Positions 23,584 to 35,322 are shown, numbered from the whole stretch's first letter. The stretch is 63,225 nt of DNA, filler included, from Craspedostauros australis (GCA_030167865.1; 18 parts of 18 records of this genome joined end to end with filler, not necessarily neighbours in it); one strand, 5' to 3'. The notes: generated from the letters alone by a model not told the origin. Numbers and translations are program-made.

Positions 23584-23971
23584 CGAGTCAGGATATGACC
23601 GAAGCGGAGATGCGTTTGTTCCAGGAGGGCTGACATATCGAACACGGCACCGAGGTTCAAATGCAACAGTGGGTGAACTCTATGATCGCCGTTCACGCGG
23701 CGGTGAGAGCGCAGCGACGATCGCGGTCGATGCACGCCGAGAGGCGGGCGTTGGCGGCTTGGTTGGGGCTTTCATAGCAGACGACACACGACAGCTCGCT
23801 CAAAGCACAGCCCTACGGGGCCTGCGGCGGCGAGGGTAAAGCCTTATGGCACATTTCTAATGTAGTCCTTGAGTTATTTTTATTCACGGCAACAGCAACA
23901 CTTGCGAATACTCCACAGCATAATATAGTACAATGGAGCACAGTGACTCATCCTATGGTATAAAAATATAC

Positions 23972-24361
23972 TATACTCTCCACAACATAATAGGATGAAC
24001 TTGATGTTTATCTTAGCAATCCGCAAGTGATGACAAGATAACCCTGAATGGGGTCACACAAGGAAAGTGGTTGTGGAGAAAAATGCTAATGCATGGAAGG
24101 AATCAATGGATTGACGGGCACTGATTTCGTCTTTTGGGGCAGATTTGACAACGGGACTGATGGTCGTGACTTGAGATCGGGGTGGGCGAGGCTGGCCGGT
24201 TATGAAATTATGACCCTTACAACCACCTCCAGTGGAGGTGTTTGCGTGGCTCATAATTTCATAATATCGGCTTCTAAGACCCCATTCAGGATAGAAACGT
24301 ACGTTTTTGCGGATTTTTAAGATATGCACTTAGATCATCCTATTATGTTGTAGATAGTATA
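23972..24361. mobile_element. MITE-like element (~390 bp) with ~55-bp imperfect terminal inverted repeats
   Basis: Left end tatactctccacaacataataggatgaacttgatgtttatcttagcaatccgcaa. Reverse complement of the right end is tatactatctacaacataataggatgatctaagtgcatatcttaaaaatccgcaa. TA at both termini; AT-rich non-coding interior. Confidence 0.7.
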
Positions 24362-25176
24362 TGTGTGGATTAATAGACTCCTGGGCCTTATATTTAAAAA
24401 GTTTATATTTTTCGCACTAATCTACAACTAAAAACGTTGCGCATGCGGACGTCGAGGGGAAAATGGGTTGAACAATCGCCAGTCGTGCTTCAGGTTGATT
24501 TCCAGTCGTGCCCATCATTGACACACTCACATTTCGCGATGGTGAGGCGGTTGGGTGTGAAGAAATGTTGAGGATTGTGCAGTGGTGGCAGGCATGCTGA
24601 GGCCAATGCTTCGTTCCGGCTGCAGATCAGGCATCACAATCCAGAGTTGTGGGTTGGTGGGTAATCCAGATCTTGATGCCCAGCTTGACTTTCACACTGC
24701 CTTGTTCTCTGTTCTGCTGCTGTCCTTGGCCATCGTTGGCTTCTGGCCGTTGTTCATCTGCTTTGCTCTTGGCTTCTTGTTTTGGTGTCAATCACTTAAT
24801 TCTTCCGAATCGAACTCAGTTTCGTGTGCTTTCCTGTTTCCAAACAAGTGTGATTTTCTTGTTCTCGACGTATTTCACGTTTTGGACCAGAACAAAGGCC
24901 TGACGTCATCAAATATTGATTCCAAATTTCTGATTTCAGATCATGTGTTGGCGAGAGGTGTTCTCCACCAACCTGTTTGAATTTTCAGTGACCAATCATT
25001 TCTTCTCGATGACGCACAACATTTTTTCGAAAGAGGGACAGACCTTGTATTTGGCAGCGAATACCAGTGGCGATTGGGATCTGGAGAGAGCCCAGCTCGT
25101 CGTCCTGTTGTGTCGGGTGCAATCTCCTCAAGCGCGCCAACCTCTATCACACCAACACACGACGAGCTATGATGCT

Positions 25177-25431
25177 AACAACAACAACAACAACAACAAC
25201 AATGACAACAGCAATGACAACAGCAATGACAACAGCAATGACAACAGCAATGACAACAGCAATGACAACAGCAATGACAACAGCAATGACAACAGCAATG
25301 ACAACAGCAATGACAACAATGACAACAACAACAACAACAATGCCAACAGCAATGACAACAATGACAACAATGACAACAACAATGGCAACAATGGCAACAA
25401 CGACAATAACGACAATAACGGCAACAGCAAT
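25177..25431 (+). repeat. (AAC)n / (AATGACAACAGC)n micro- and minisatellite
   Basis: About 10 tandem 12-mers embedded in AAC triplets. Confidence 0.95.
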
Positions 25432-26243
25432 CTAACAAAAAAAAAACAGCTCCTGAAGAATCTGTGTTGCAACTGCCAATTGTCATGATCGGAGATCGTT
25501 CCATGGAAGTGATTGAAAGCACAACCAGCATCCACTACTGAATTCATTGTTGGGGGCAACACGCATCTCGCACACTCAAACTTGTCACTCTGCCTGGGCA
25601 ACGTTTGACCGCGCAAGAATTTTTGTGCTCCGCGCACGCGCGCGACACTTGTGATGTTGACATCTGTCGAAGTCCACTTTCGATTCGCATTGTCCACGTC
25701 GCGCGCTATGATTGGTTAAAAACGAGTCCATCCAGTCGATGATCGTGACATGTTGGTGATTCCTTGTTCTTCGTCGGAAGTAGGAATTGAGAGTTCTCAC
25801 AGGACGATTCCGAAATCTGGCGGAGGAATCATCACCACAGGAATTCACGACGAGAAACGTGCCGTGCAACTCTGCGTGAATTGCTTGTCCAACGCAAAAC
25901 TGGGAGCTATGGTAATATATATTTTCCCTTTGGTCTTAGAACGAAGACCCAATGGGATTCATTCGAATTGACAACTGTGCAAATCCAAAATCGTTCCAAT
26001 GACAGGCAACACGGGTTTTCTGTACAACACTTTGTTCACACGCATACAACCAATTTCTCTGCTCTGCTCTAATCACTTAGTCTGTCTCTTTCTCTATTAC
26101 CNNNNNNNNNNNNNNNNNNNNNNNNNNNNNNNNNNNNNNNNNNNNNNNNNNCACGCATACAACCAATTTCTCTGCTCTGCTCTAATCACTTAGTCTGTCT
26201 CTTTCTCTATTACCTGACTTGGCAAGGCTGGAAGAGCCCCTGA

Positions 26244-27090
26244 TCAATAGACAGCTATGGCAACTGCCTTCAATACTGTCTTGTGCAGTTGCATATTATG
26301 TCGAAATGATTCATAGAAGATCTTCCATTTCTTGAAGAGACGATTGATGATTTCGTGTCTTGCTCTTTCATGTGTCTTGCCATCCCTGTCTGCATTGGTA
26401 TTGTAGTTATTTGGCTTGCGTACCCTGGGACTGCTGTACCCTCCATCTGCTTCCACCATTTCACGAGCAAGTTTCCCTGCCAGCGAGCAGCTGAAGATCT
26501 TTGGGTCAGGNNNNNNNNNNNNNNNNNNNNNNNNNNNNNNNNNNNNNNNNNNNNNNNNNNAATGTCACCAGTTTGGATGCAAATCTCCATCTTCTACCAC
26601 AGACTAGCTCCCTTGTATATGTGGCTGTACCATTTCTTTGAAAAGGATGAGATTCCCGAACATGAAAGTAAGTCACGTCCACTGTGACTTTGCACCTTTG
26701 ATGTTTGTCATTCTTAACGGAATTCTTCCAATAAATCTGTATTATGGGTTGCCAACAGTATAAGCATTCAAAAAGACGATGTGAGTTGACATTGTGAAAG
26801 TGAGAGTAGGAGATGTATCAATCTGCTATTGTGTTCCACTTCCTACACCTTTGTATCCCTTCTGAATTTCATCCATATGAAGTCAAGTCCACTTCATTAG
26901 AGGTTTGGGATCTGCAGACAAGTTTTCCACAGTGNAANAACNCAANCATAGTGCCNCAAGAAGNACAAGGNCCAAATCAAGTGCTTGGGATGGCATTTTG
27001 GACCACCACAAGCATGGTTCCACATAACAAGGCACATGCATGGAGAAAGCCCATACAGAGAGATAAGATTTGTTTGTGTTGCTTGTTTTG
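26244..27090 (-). pseudogene. PIF/Harbinger-like DDE (DDE_Tnp_4-type) transposase pseudogene
   Basis: KCHPKHLIW.L.FL.HY, KWYSHIYKGASLW*KMEICIQTGDI, MVEADGGY and RARHEIINRLFKKW...FRH...H...KAVA, with stops and frameshifts. LTRs are inserted at its 5' side (27189). Confidence 0.8.
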
Positions 27091-27188
27091 CTAGGTCATC
27101 CAATGCACTATGCCCCACAATGTCCAATCCGATTCTGGTTCTGTTGTTCCAGTCATAGAGTCTTGCTTGATTGTTCTGTAAGCATGCC

Positions 27189-27287
27189 TGTTGGCAAGTT
27201 CCGCTCATGGACACTCTTGCGATTGCGTTCGACGGTGTTGGTAGTGGTGNTGGTTTCGATTCTGTTTTGGAGTCTCCCAATGCTCTC
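27189..27287 (-). mobile_element. Family-B-related LTR 3' end in reverse orientation (repeated at 27859-27957), interrupted by another LTR
   Basis: Starts TGTTGGCAAGTTCCGC, the reverse complement of the GCGGAACTTGCCAACA LTR terminus. Confidence 0.7.
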
Positions 27288-27386
27288 TGTCGAGATGTAC
27301 ATACGTGTATGTGTCAAGATGTACATGTATATGTGCATCGTTCACCTGCTATTCTCTTACACATGTATGGACGGTACAACTACATT
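27288..27386 (+). mobile_element. Family-B LTR 5' fragment, interrupted by a family-C LTR
   Basis: TGTCGAGATGTACATACGTG..., as at 27958 and 45987. Confidence 0.8.
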
Positions 27387-27792
27387 TGTTGGAAATCCGG
27401 GGTTATAGTAGTAGACTAATCTGTTATCAGTCTGTACCGTTTTAGAACTGTGAGCACAACATGCTCATCTCNNNNNNNNNNNNNNNNNNNNNNNNNNNNN
27501 NNNNNNNNNNNNNNNNNNNNNNNNNNNNNNNNNNNNNNNNNNNNNNNNNNNNNNNNNNNNNNNNNNNNNNNNNNNNNNNNNNNNNNNNNNNNNNNNNGGA
27601 TTGGAGAGCACCTACATTCGTCAAGTTCATACTCGTAGACCTGTAGGTACCTCTCCTTCGGTCTCTTGTCACCTCACTGGTCCCACTTCATTTCAGTTCC
27701 TCCCTCCTGTCATCTCGATGGTTGCCTTTGGATGCTTGGAACTTATTGTCATCTGGATCGTGGTCTTGGGTGAATAGGGATCGCCTCTGTTT
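27387..27792. mobile_element. Family-C LTR-like repeat (partial)
   Basis: TGTTGGAAATCCGGGGTTA..gtagtagactaatctgttatca.tctgtacc matches 46240 onward. 27615-27792 is a diverged match to ~46470-46660. Confidence 0.7.
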
Positions 27793-27957
27793 NNNNNNNN
27801 NNNNNNNNNNNNNNNNNNNNNNNNNNNNNNNNNNNNNNNNNNGTTCTGTAAGCATGCCTGTTGGCAAGTTCCGCTCATGGACACTCTTGCGATTGCGTTC
27901 GACGGTGTTGGTAGTGGTGGTGGTTTCGATTCTGTTTTGGAGTCTCCCAATGCTCTC

Positions 27958-28784
27958 TGTCGAGATGTACATACGTGTATGTGTCAAGATGTACATGTAT
28001 ATGTGCATCGTTCACCCGCTATTCTCTTACACATGTATGGACGGTACAACTACATTTGTGTTGATAGTGAACTGTACTTTGCCAAAATCACATCACGAAA
28101 TCGAACACAGAAATATGAGGAGAATTTCTGGAGGAAATTTGCAATCAACGATTTCTGAGAGTATCAAGAACATCGTCCATCCATCCATCCATCCATCCAT
28201 CCATCCATCCATCCATCCATCAATGGAAACGTATGATACCAAGCAAATCTTGAGGTACTTCCCAACTAAACCTCAGATGACGATATCATCTGACAGACTG
28301 CTGCATCACTGATGGAACGTGACATCTGGAGAGCAGAAGGACGCCTACTGACGTTGACAGGATGTCATCGTGTCACCACGTCGACATCTGTCTCCAAGTC
28401 AGAGCAGGAGGTGAAGATCCGATGACCAAAGAGGATCAGCATCATGGATACTGAAGGTGAAGTTCAAATGGTAAGTACTCATGGAGTAGTAAGCCAGTAG
28501 TGAATGAACAGAGTGTCGACTACGGAGTACGCATCAAACACAGAGTATCGTATGGCACAAAGCACATGATATTGAGAGAGAGAGAGAGAATACAGAGAGG
28601 AGCGAGAGAGCATCTTGTGTACCGACTCATAGTCGGAGACCCAATCTACAAAACAGACAGATATGCCAAGAGCATCAGGCAAGAGAACGGAGACATCAAG
28701 AGGATCGGAGTGCTCAAGTAATGAAATAGCAAACAGAATGACTATCCACGATCGTAGGCTTCCGAGGTCCGGAACTTGCCAACA
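27958..28784 (+). mobile_element. Complete family-B copia LTR (827 bp)
   Basis: TGTCGAGATG...GCCAACA (TG..CA ends). The first 250 bp match the sequence directly after the polypurine tract of the copia pol at 45987. Contains (CATC)n and (GA)n tracts. No matching target-site duplication is visible. Confidence 0.8.
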
Positions 28785-28974
28785 GCTTGTCACTCCAAGT
28801 CGTTGTGGCATACATGTTTCACTTCAGCTATTTTTCGACCTATGGTAATTGCCATTATTACCGTTGCTCCCTGTGAGTTGAGTCCAAACGCAGCGCCAGC
28901 GGCTTTCGACCCGCAGACAAGGAGGGGCAGTGCCATCCGGACACAATTCGCCGCTTCATCAAATGGAGTGGTCG

Positions 28975-29775
28975 CGATGGCAACGACAACAGCGACAGAT
29001 ATAGCCACAGCAAGGCGATGGGCGACGAAAGCAACAGCAAGGCGACGGCAGCGACGAAGGTAATGAAAGCGATGGCAAGGCGATGGGCGACGGCAACGGC
29101 AGCAAGACGATGGGCAACGAAAGCGACAGCAATGGCAAGGTGATGGGCAACAGCACCGACGAAAGCGATGAAAGCACGTCAAGGCAATGGAGGACAGCAG
29201 TGACACAGATAGCCACAGCAAGGCAATGGAAGTGACAGAAGTGATGAAAGCGACGGCAAGGCGACAGAGAACAGCAGCGACGAAAGCGACGGCAATGGCA
29301 AGGTGATGGGCAATGAAAGCGATGGCAAGGTGATGGAGGACAGCAGTGATGAAAGCGATGAAAGCAACAGCAATGGCAAGGCGATGGGCGACAGCACCAA
29401 CAAAAGCGATGAAAGCACGGCAAGGCGATGGGCAACAGCACCGGCGAAAGCGATGAAAGCGACAGCAAGGCGATGGGCAATGAAAGCGATGAAAGCGACA
29501 GCAATGGCAAGGCGATGGGCAACAGCACCAACAAAAGCGATGAAAGCGCCAGCAAGGCGATGGGCAACAAAAGCGATGAAAGCGACAGCAATGGCAAGGC
29601 GATGGGCGACAGCACCAACAAAAGCGATGAAAGCACGGCAAGGCGATGGGCAACAGCACAGATGAAAGCAATGAAAGCGACAGCAATGGCAAGGCGATGG
29701 GCAACGAAAGCAATGAAAGTGATGGCAAGGCGATGGAGGACAGCAAGGCAATGGGCAACGAAAGCGGCAGCGATA
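28975..29775 (+). repeat. Degenerate modular minisatellite (GCAAGGCGATGGGCAAC / AAAGCGATGAAAGC modules)
   Basis: About 20 reiterations of gcaaggcgatgg with shuffled modules. ORFs in several frames are low-complexity by-products. Confidence 0.9.
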
Positions 29776-29914
29776 GGAAGGTTCGTAGTAGATCCACATT
29801 GCAACATCAAACCAAGTGTATTCTTTTGTTTCTTGATGCTTGTAGATATGTATACAATGAGGAAATTCACTAACCAGCCTTTTTGAAGTGCCGATTTGCA
29901 CTAACCAGCCTGTT

Positions 29915-30263
29915 TTTACAACACTTAGTGGCACAAAACGTCCAAATGTCTGTGCGACATCTCATGGACACGGAGATTTCACATCGACCTCCAAGGTTAG
30001 TGTATCAATGTAGACCACCTGTATCACACAGGAAAGTACAAACCACATCATACAGTTTGTCATAATTGCCATAGAATGCATGTAAATAGTCCATACGAAT
30101 ATATAGCATCTAATGAAGGGATAATGACTACATTAGTAATAGATATGTGCATCATCCATTTGTTTGCTCCAACTCTTTGCGTTGTGGATCGTATTCTGAT
30201 GAAACCTTCATTGGAAAGGATAAACATATTACGTTTTAACCAGATCAGCGCATCGAGGGCATT
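29915..30263 (+). repeat. Dispersed repeat shared with 35750-36085 (and partly 36376-36540)
   Basis: gcgacatctc.tggacac.gagatttcacatcgacctccaagg...tgtagacc.cctgtatcacacaggaaa is present in two different scaffolds. Confidence 0.8.
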
Positions 30264-30363
30264 NNNNNNNNNNNNNNNNNNNNNNNNNNNNNNNNNNNNN
30301 NNNNNNNTTAATTAATTAANNNNNNNNNNNNNNNNNNNNNNNNNNNNNNNNNNNNNNNNNNNN

Positions 30364-31857
30364 CAAACAGGAGTTCCGGATCAGCATCGAAACCGCCATG
30401 ATCTTTGATCTCTTTCCAGCCAAGACCCTCGCAGAAGAGAAGACCATTTCCCAACTGCTGATCACCATCCATGAAGAAGCCACCGACATGAACCCGGCAT
30501 TAATCATGTTCAACCTCAAGCACCCGGACGACGTNNNNNNNNNNNNNNNNNNNNNNNNNNNNNNNNNNNNNNNNNNNNNNNNNNNNNNNNNNNNNNNNNN
30601 NNNNNNNNNNNNNNNNNNNNNNNNNNNNNNNNNNNNNNNNNNNNNNNNNNNNNNNNNNNNNNNNNNNNNNNNNNNNNNNNNNNNNNNNNNNNNNNNNNNN
30701 NNNNNNNNNNNNNNNNNNNNNNNNTGGTTGAATGCCATCGGGGAACACAAGAAAGCACTCTCCAACGCATCCGCAACCAGCATCTCATCTGGGTCAGAAG
30801 CATCTACCCATAGAGCCGGACGCGACAACGACAGCCATCCAGGAGGAACCCCATCTGGGCTCTCCCTCATGCTTGGTGGGAATACACCGCACTGTACCCC
30901 ACCCAACTTCCCAAACGAAACCCAACTCTCCAGCATCGCCAAGCAAGGATCACAAAACACGTCACCAGTGATCATCGACACCCGTGGCACCACTCCGNNN
31001 NNNNNNNNNNNNNNNNNNNNNNNNNNNNNNNNNNNNNNNNNNNNNNNACACCCGTGGCACCACTCCGCCCAACGAAGATACCGAACCAGGCACCGACTAC
31101 GACCAACACCCTGGTAACGACGATACCGTAGGCGCATCCGACAACCGCGGTCCCACAGGGCGCAACCGACTCTTCCCCAACGTAGACCCCGCGACGATCG
31201 GCGACTACAACCGCAACCCAACNGGCACCAAGGTAGTAACCTTCGCCCCCGAAACAACCGCCGGAGNCCCAGGAGATACCAATGCACCCCGGATGAACTA
31301 CCCAGAGAACGACGGGAACCGTCCACCCCACGATCGGAACCCGCATCCCTACCACGGTACTGCGGATACACCAGCCTCACACGGCGTGGGTAACTATCGA
31401 GGCAACAACGGGCACGAACCCGTGAGCCGAAACCCTGCCGGCAACTCACCCGCGAACCATGGGACAAACCTCCCACACCGTGACAACCATGGACCCCCAA
31501 TTAACCATGGACACCACGGCAGCAACCCGTATGGGCATTCCCCTACCATGGGAAACCAATTCCCTCATGGCCCACCGCTTCCGATGTACCACGGAACCCA
31601 TCCAGGAGGATTCCCGCCCATTGGAATCCCTATCCCCATGGGCCATTTTCCCCATGGAGCCGGAGGTTTTCCAATGCCACAAGGAGCCTTCACCCCCGTT
31701 GGACACCCTCACCCCGGGTATCCACCACGACCACCCGCGTATGGGTACCGCCCAACCGATCCCAATGGAGGTCTCGGAAGACATGACCCACGCAACATGG
31801 GCCCGAACACCCCACACGGGCAACACGATCCCGGGTATCCACCACGACCACCCACGT
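30364..31857 (+). CDS. Fragment of a large ORF with a Gly/Pro/His/Asn-rich low-complexity region; possibly a retroelement gag/ORF1 N-terminus
   Basis: Open throughout the scaffold apart from gaps; intronless; A/C-rich sense strand; repeated PGYPPRPP. No diagnostic domain. Confidence 0.4.
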
Positions 31858-31957
31858 NNNNNNNNNNNNNNNNNNNNNNNNNNNNNNNNNNNNNNNNNNN
31901 NTTAATTAATTAANNNNNNNNNNNNNNNNNNNNNNNNNNNNNNNNNNNNNNNNNNNN

Positions 31958-32167
31958 CGCAGTCAATCGGCATGAGTATGGGTCTCCCGAGGTGGGAGTG
32001 AAGTCGCGATGAAGACCGTCGAGGTCTTCCTTGGTGAGGAAGGTGAGGTCGTCAACATTCTCCACCGCTGCGTCGATGATAACGCAGCGATGGTCGGAGT
32101 CGTCGGAGATACCCACGGCCTTGAGGACGTGGTTCAGTACGGTGATGGGGTCGGTGGGTTCTGTCAT
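31958..32167 (-). mobile_element. CoDi-I-like gag N-terminus
   Basis: MTEPTDPITVLNHVLKAVGISDDSD...VENVDDLTFLTKEDL begins directly after the LTR and leader. It plausibly belongs to the same family as the gag at 10739-12780. Confidence 0.7.
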
Positions 32168-32175
32168 CTTGTTCG

Positions 32176-32379
32176 GTTCGGTTCGTCACGGAGAAGCGGA
32201 TACGCTGTGCTCGGTGTGTTCAGTTTGTTCGGTTCGTCACGGAGAAGCGGATACGCTGTGCTCGGTGTGTTTGTCTTGTTCGGTTCGTCACGGAGAAGCG
32301 GATACGCTGTGCTCGGTGTGTTTGTCTTGTTCGGTTCGTCACGGAGAAGCGGATACGCTGTGCTCGGTGTGTTCAGTTT
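32176..32379 (-). repeat. 4 x 51-bp tandem repeat in the retrotransposon 5' leader
   Basis: Unit gttcggttcgtcacggagaagcggatacgctgtgctcggtgtgtt(cagttt/tgtctt). Confidence 0.95.
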
Positions 32380-32519
32380 GCGCTGCCTTGGGAGGCTCTT
32401 GTTGTTGTTCGGTTCCTGCTTCACGTCGTCATGTGATGCAGTTGGTTTGTTGCTGATGGGATCAGCTTGGTGGGTTGGAGGGGGTTCACTCAGTCAGGTC
32501 AGGACGTAGTGCTTGCGAC

Positions 32520-33147
32520 TGTTAATCTGTTATCTCGTTATTGTACACAGCGAAATCACACGAGTCCTTCAAGAGAGATCAAGTCTTTCAGGACGAGGGT
32601 GACAAGCTGGTGAGTGAAGACACTGTTTGGGTTGAGTGACTTCTGTTCTTATGTTATCTTCATTGAGTTGTATCTCATGTTGTTGTCTTCAAGGTCAGCT
32701 CTCAGTCATTGCACCTCGAATCCGATCTTGTTCTGATGTGGAGATGACCCATGATGTGGCGATGATGTCTTCTGTGTCGACGTCACTCATCACCGTTCCA
32801 TGGCTCTGTCGATTCCACATTCCATTGATGATGCTTGAAGTCATCGAGTGTGTTGTCATTTCAGGTTTAGTTGGGAAGTATATCAGGTCGAATTGGGCAT
32901 CACATGTTTGCCGGGCGATGGCCNNNNNNNNNNNNNNNNNNNNNNNNNNNNNNNNNNNNNNNNNNNNNNNNNNNNNNNNNNNNNNNNNNNNNNNNNNNNN
33001 NNNNNNNNNNNNNNNNNNNNNNNNNNNNNNNNNNNNNNNNNNNNNNNNNNNNNNNNNNNNNNNNNNNNNNNNNNNNNNNNNNNNNNNNNNNNNNNNNNNN
33101 NNNNNNNNNNNNNNNNNNNNNNNNGTGAATAAAGCGTTGTGCTAATA
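32520..33147 (-). mobile_element. LTR of the CoDi-I-like element (contains a 200-N gap)
   Basis: On the minus strand: RNase H stop (33173), purine tract CGGGGAG, then TATTAGC...GATTAACA, then leader and gag ATG. Confidence 0.7.
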
Positions 33148-33172
33148 CTCCCCGAAACGTATCTTTTCGCAG

Positions 33173-34274
33173 TCACTTGTTGTGGGTGGGATCGGTGTTG
33201 CCCTTCCAGAACAATAGTGGTTGGATGAGGTCCCAGAAAACCGATCGTGGAAGGAATTTCGTGAGGATGTCGGCGATGTTCTGGTTTCCCTTGATCTTGA
33301 TGAAGTACATNNNNNNNNNNNNNNNNNNNNNNNNNNNNNNNNNNNNNNNNNNNNNNNNNNNNNNNNNNNNNNNNNNNNNNNNNNNNNNNNNNNNNNNNNN
33401 NNNNNNNNNNNNNNNNNNNNNNAAGAGCCAGCTTGGGCCGTCCACTGGTATTCCCATTTCGCACAGCATCAAGCGGATGGATAGGATCTGTTCTGTTGCC
33501 AACCGTGCTGCCACGAACTCAGATCCGTAGGTGGCCGTCTCCACGGTGGACTGTCGTTTCGAGAACCATTCGATGGGTGTTTGGTTGATGAGATGCACGA
33601 TACCGGTTGCTGATTTCCCAGTCACCTTGCAGTGCATGAGATTCGCATCAACGAAAGTCGTGGTACGTACTGGTTTGCCTTTGGCTGTTGGTGCATCCGC
33701 CGGCAGCTCCTCTCGGTTGGGTCCGTACACAGAGTACATCCATTCGTGCTGTGGGATGTCGTAGTGTTCTTCATGGTTGGGGATTCCGGTTCGGAAGCGG
33801 ATAGAGGTGTCTGGGTATTTGCGAAGGTACCCGTAGATGCGTTTTACTCTGTCCATGTGTCCTGCTCTTGGTGATGCACGGAAACGGGAGAGAGTCATTA
33901 CCGCCACATGTATGTCGGTCCTTCCCAGAGACACACACCATTGGAGTGCTCCGATCAACGACATGTACTTGGTTCGATCGATCTCCCCGAGCTCGGGTGT
34001 CGTATCGAGCTCAGGACTGTCGTCCTTGTCCATGGGGCAGCTGGTCTTGATGGGTGGTCCGTCGAACATCTGTTCGTAGTTCGTGAGCATGCGCTTGATG
34101 TAGGAACGTGCGCTGATCTTCATTGTGCCGTCGCTGTCTCTTGCAAAGTCTGCTCCTAGATGGTAGGAGATGGGACCGACACCCTTGAGTTTGTAGCCAT
34201 ACTGCGAAGTGAGAGTGTCGAAGAAGGAACGTGGGTCAGACATGACCGCCATGAGATCGTCTACGTATACACAT
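33173..34274 (-). mobile_element. Ty1/copia RT C-terminus and RNase H (CoDi-I-like)
   Basis: YVDDL at ~34255-34269, YMSLIGALQWCVSLGRTDI, FVDANLMHC, IEWFSKRQSTVETATYGSEFVAAR and NIADILTK. Confidence 0.93.
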
Positions 34275-35168
34275 NNNNNNNNNNNNNNNNNNNNNNNNNN
34301 NNNNNNNNNNNNNNNNNNTTAATTAATTAANNNNNNNNNNNNNNNNNNNNNNNNNNNNNNNNNNNNNNNNNNNNTACTTGTAGCCAAACATCGCCAAACA
34401 AAACCCGGTCCGTCCGTCGTCCGAAGGCAAAACCACACCAAGGGGGTCAACAAACAGACAAAGATCGACGAGATGGTAGTAATAACAAGATAATGCTATT
34501 GCTTGCCTGGATAGCCCTGAGTCTTAAGTATATGTAGATGCAAAGAGATATTCGATTGAGTGTCTATAACTTTAAGTCTGAGTTTGGGAAAAACGGGTCC
34601 AAAATCTGTAGCCAATCATCGCCAAACATCGCCAAACATTTGGGTCCGGCTCTTTGAGGCACTTGGGGAAGGGAAAACGCATTTTTTAATCGCGACTCAG
34701 AAAGAAGAGAAAGTGGGTCCAAACTTGCTATTTTCCAAATTTTCTTGCTCTTCGCTCGAATCAGCCATTTCACAGGTTCTGCTGTTGCTTTCCTCGTGTA
34801 TTTGTGACTTGCCTTGGGTCTGGGACAACAAGCCCATCATCCATTGCAACTTCGTCCATAACTTGCATCCGCACTTCACGACGATCCTCCCCGCAACAAC
34901 GAATAGTGGTCCAGCCCGCCATACTTACAATGCAAGTTGCTTCTCTCTTCCTCCCCATGCATGCTGTGCACACTTATTTTTCTGTTGCTGTTGTACCGTA
35001 TAGACTATAATCCATAATTATGTGCCGCAGCTGCTTTCGTACTGCCTCGTTTATTCCACACGAGCCATGCAGTGGGAACGGATAATGTTGGCAGGTCTTG
35101 CCTTGCTGTGTGGTTGTATACAATTGAGTATGCCAGTACATATATAATGTACACGCGGGAGACACGGA

Positions 35169-35322
35169 TGTCGAGATGTACATGTGAGTATATGTCGAGA
35201 TGTATGTGTATATGTGCATCGTTCACCCGCTATTCTCTCATACGCACTTGGACGGTACAACTACACTCGTGTAGATAGTATAATGTGATTCGTCAGAATT
35301 ACAGCGGAAATGGAACACACAA
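35169..35322 (+). mobile_element. Family-B LTR 5' fragment
   Basis: TGTCGAGATGTACATG...gtgcatcgttcacccgctattctc...ggaaatggaacac matches 45987-46137. Confidence 0.75.

Noticed and set aside
24943..25697. Poly-Asn, poly-Leu, Cys/His-rich ORFs
   Set aside because: These are translations of an AAC-based microsatellite.
32176..32379. CRISPR array or repeat-protein ORF
   Set aside because: These are contiguous tandem units with no unique spacers, lying in a retrotransposon leader.
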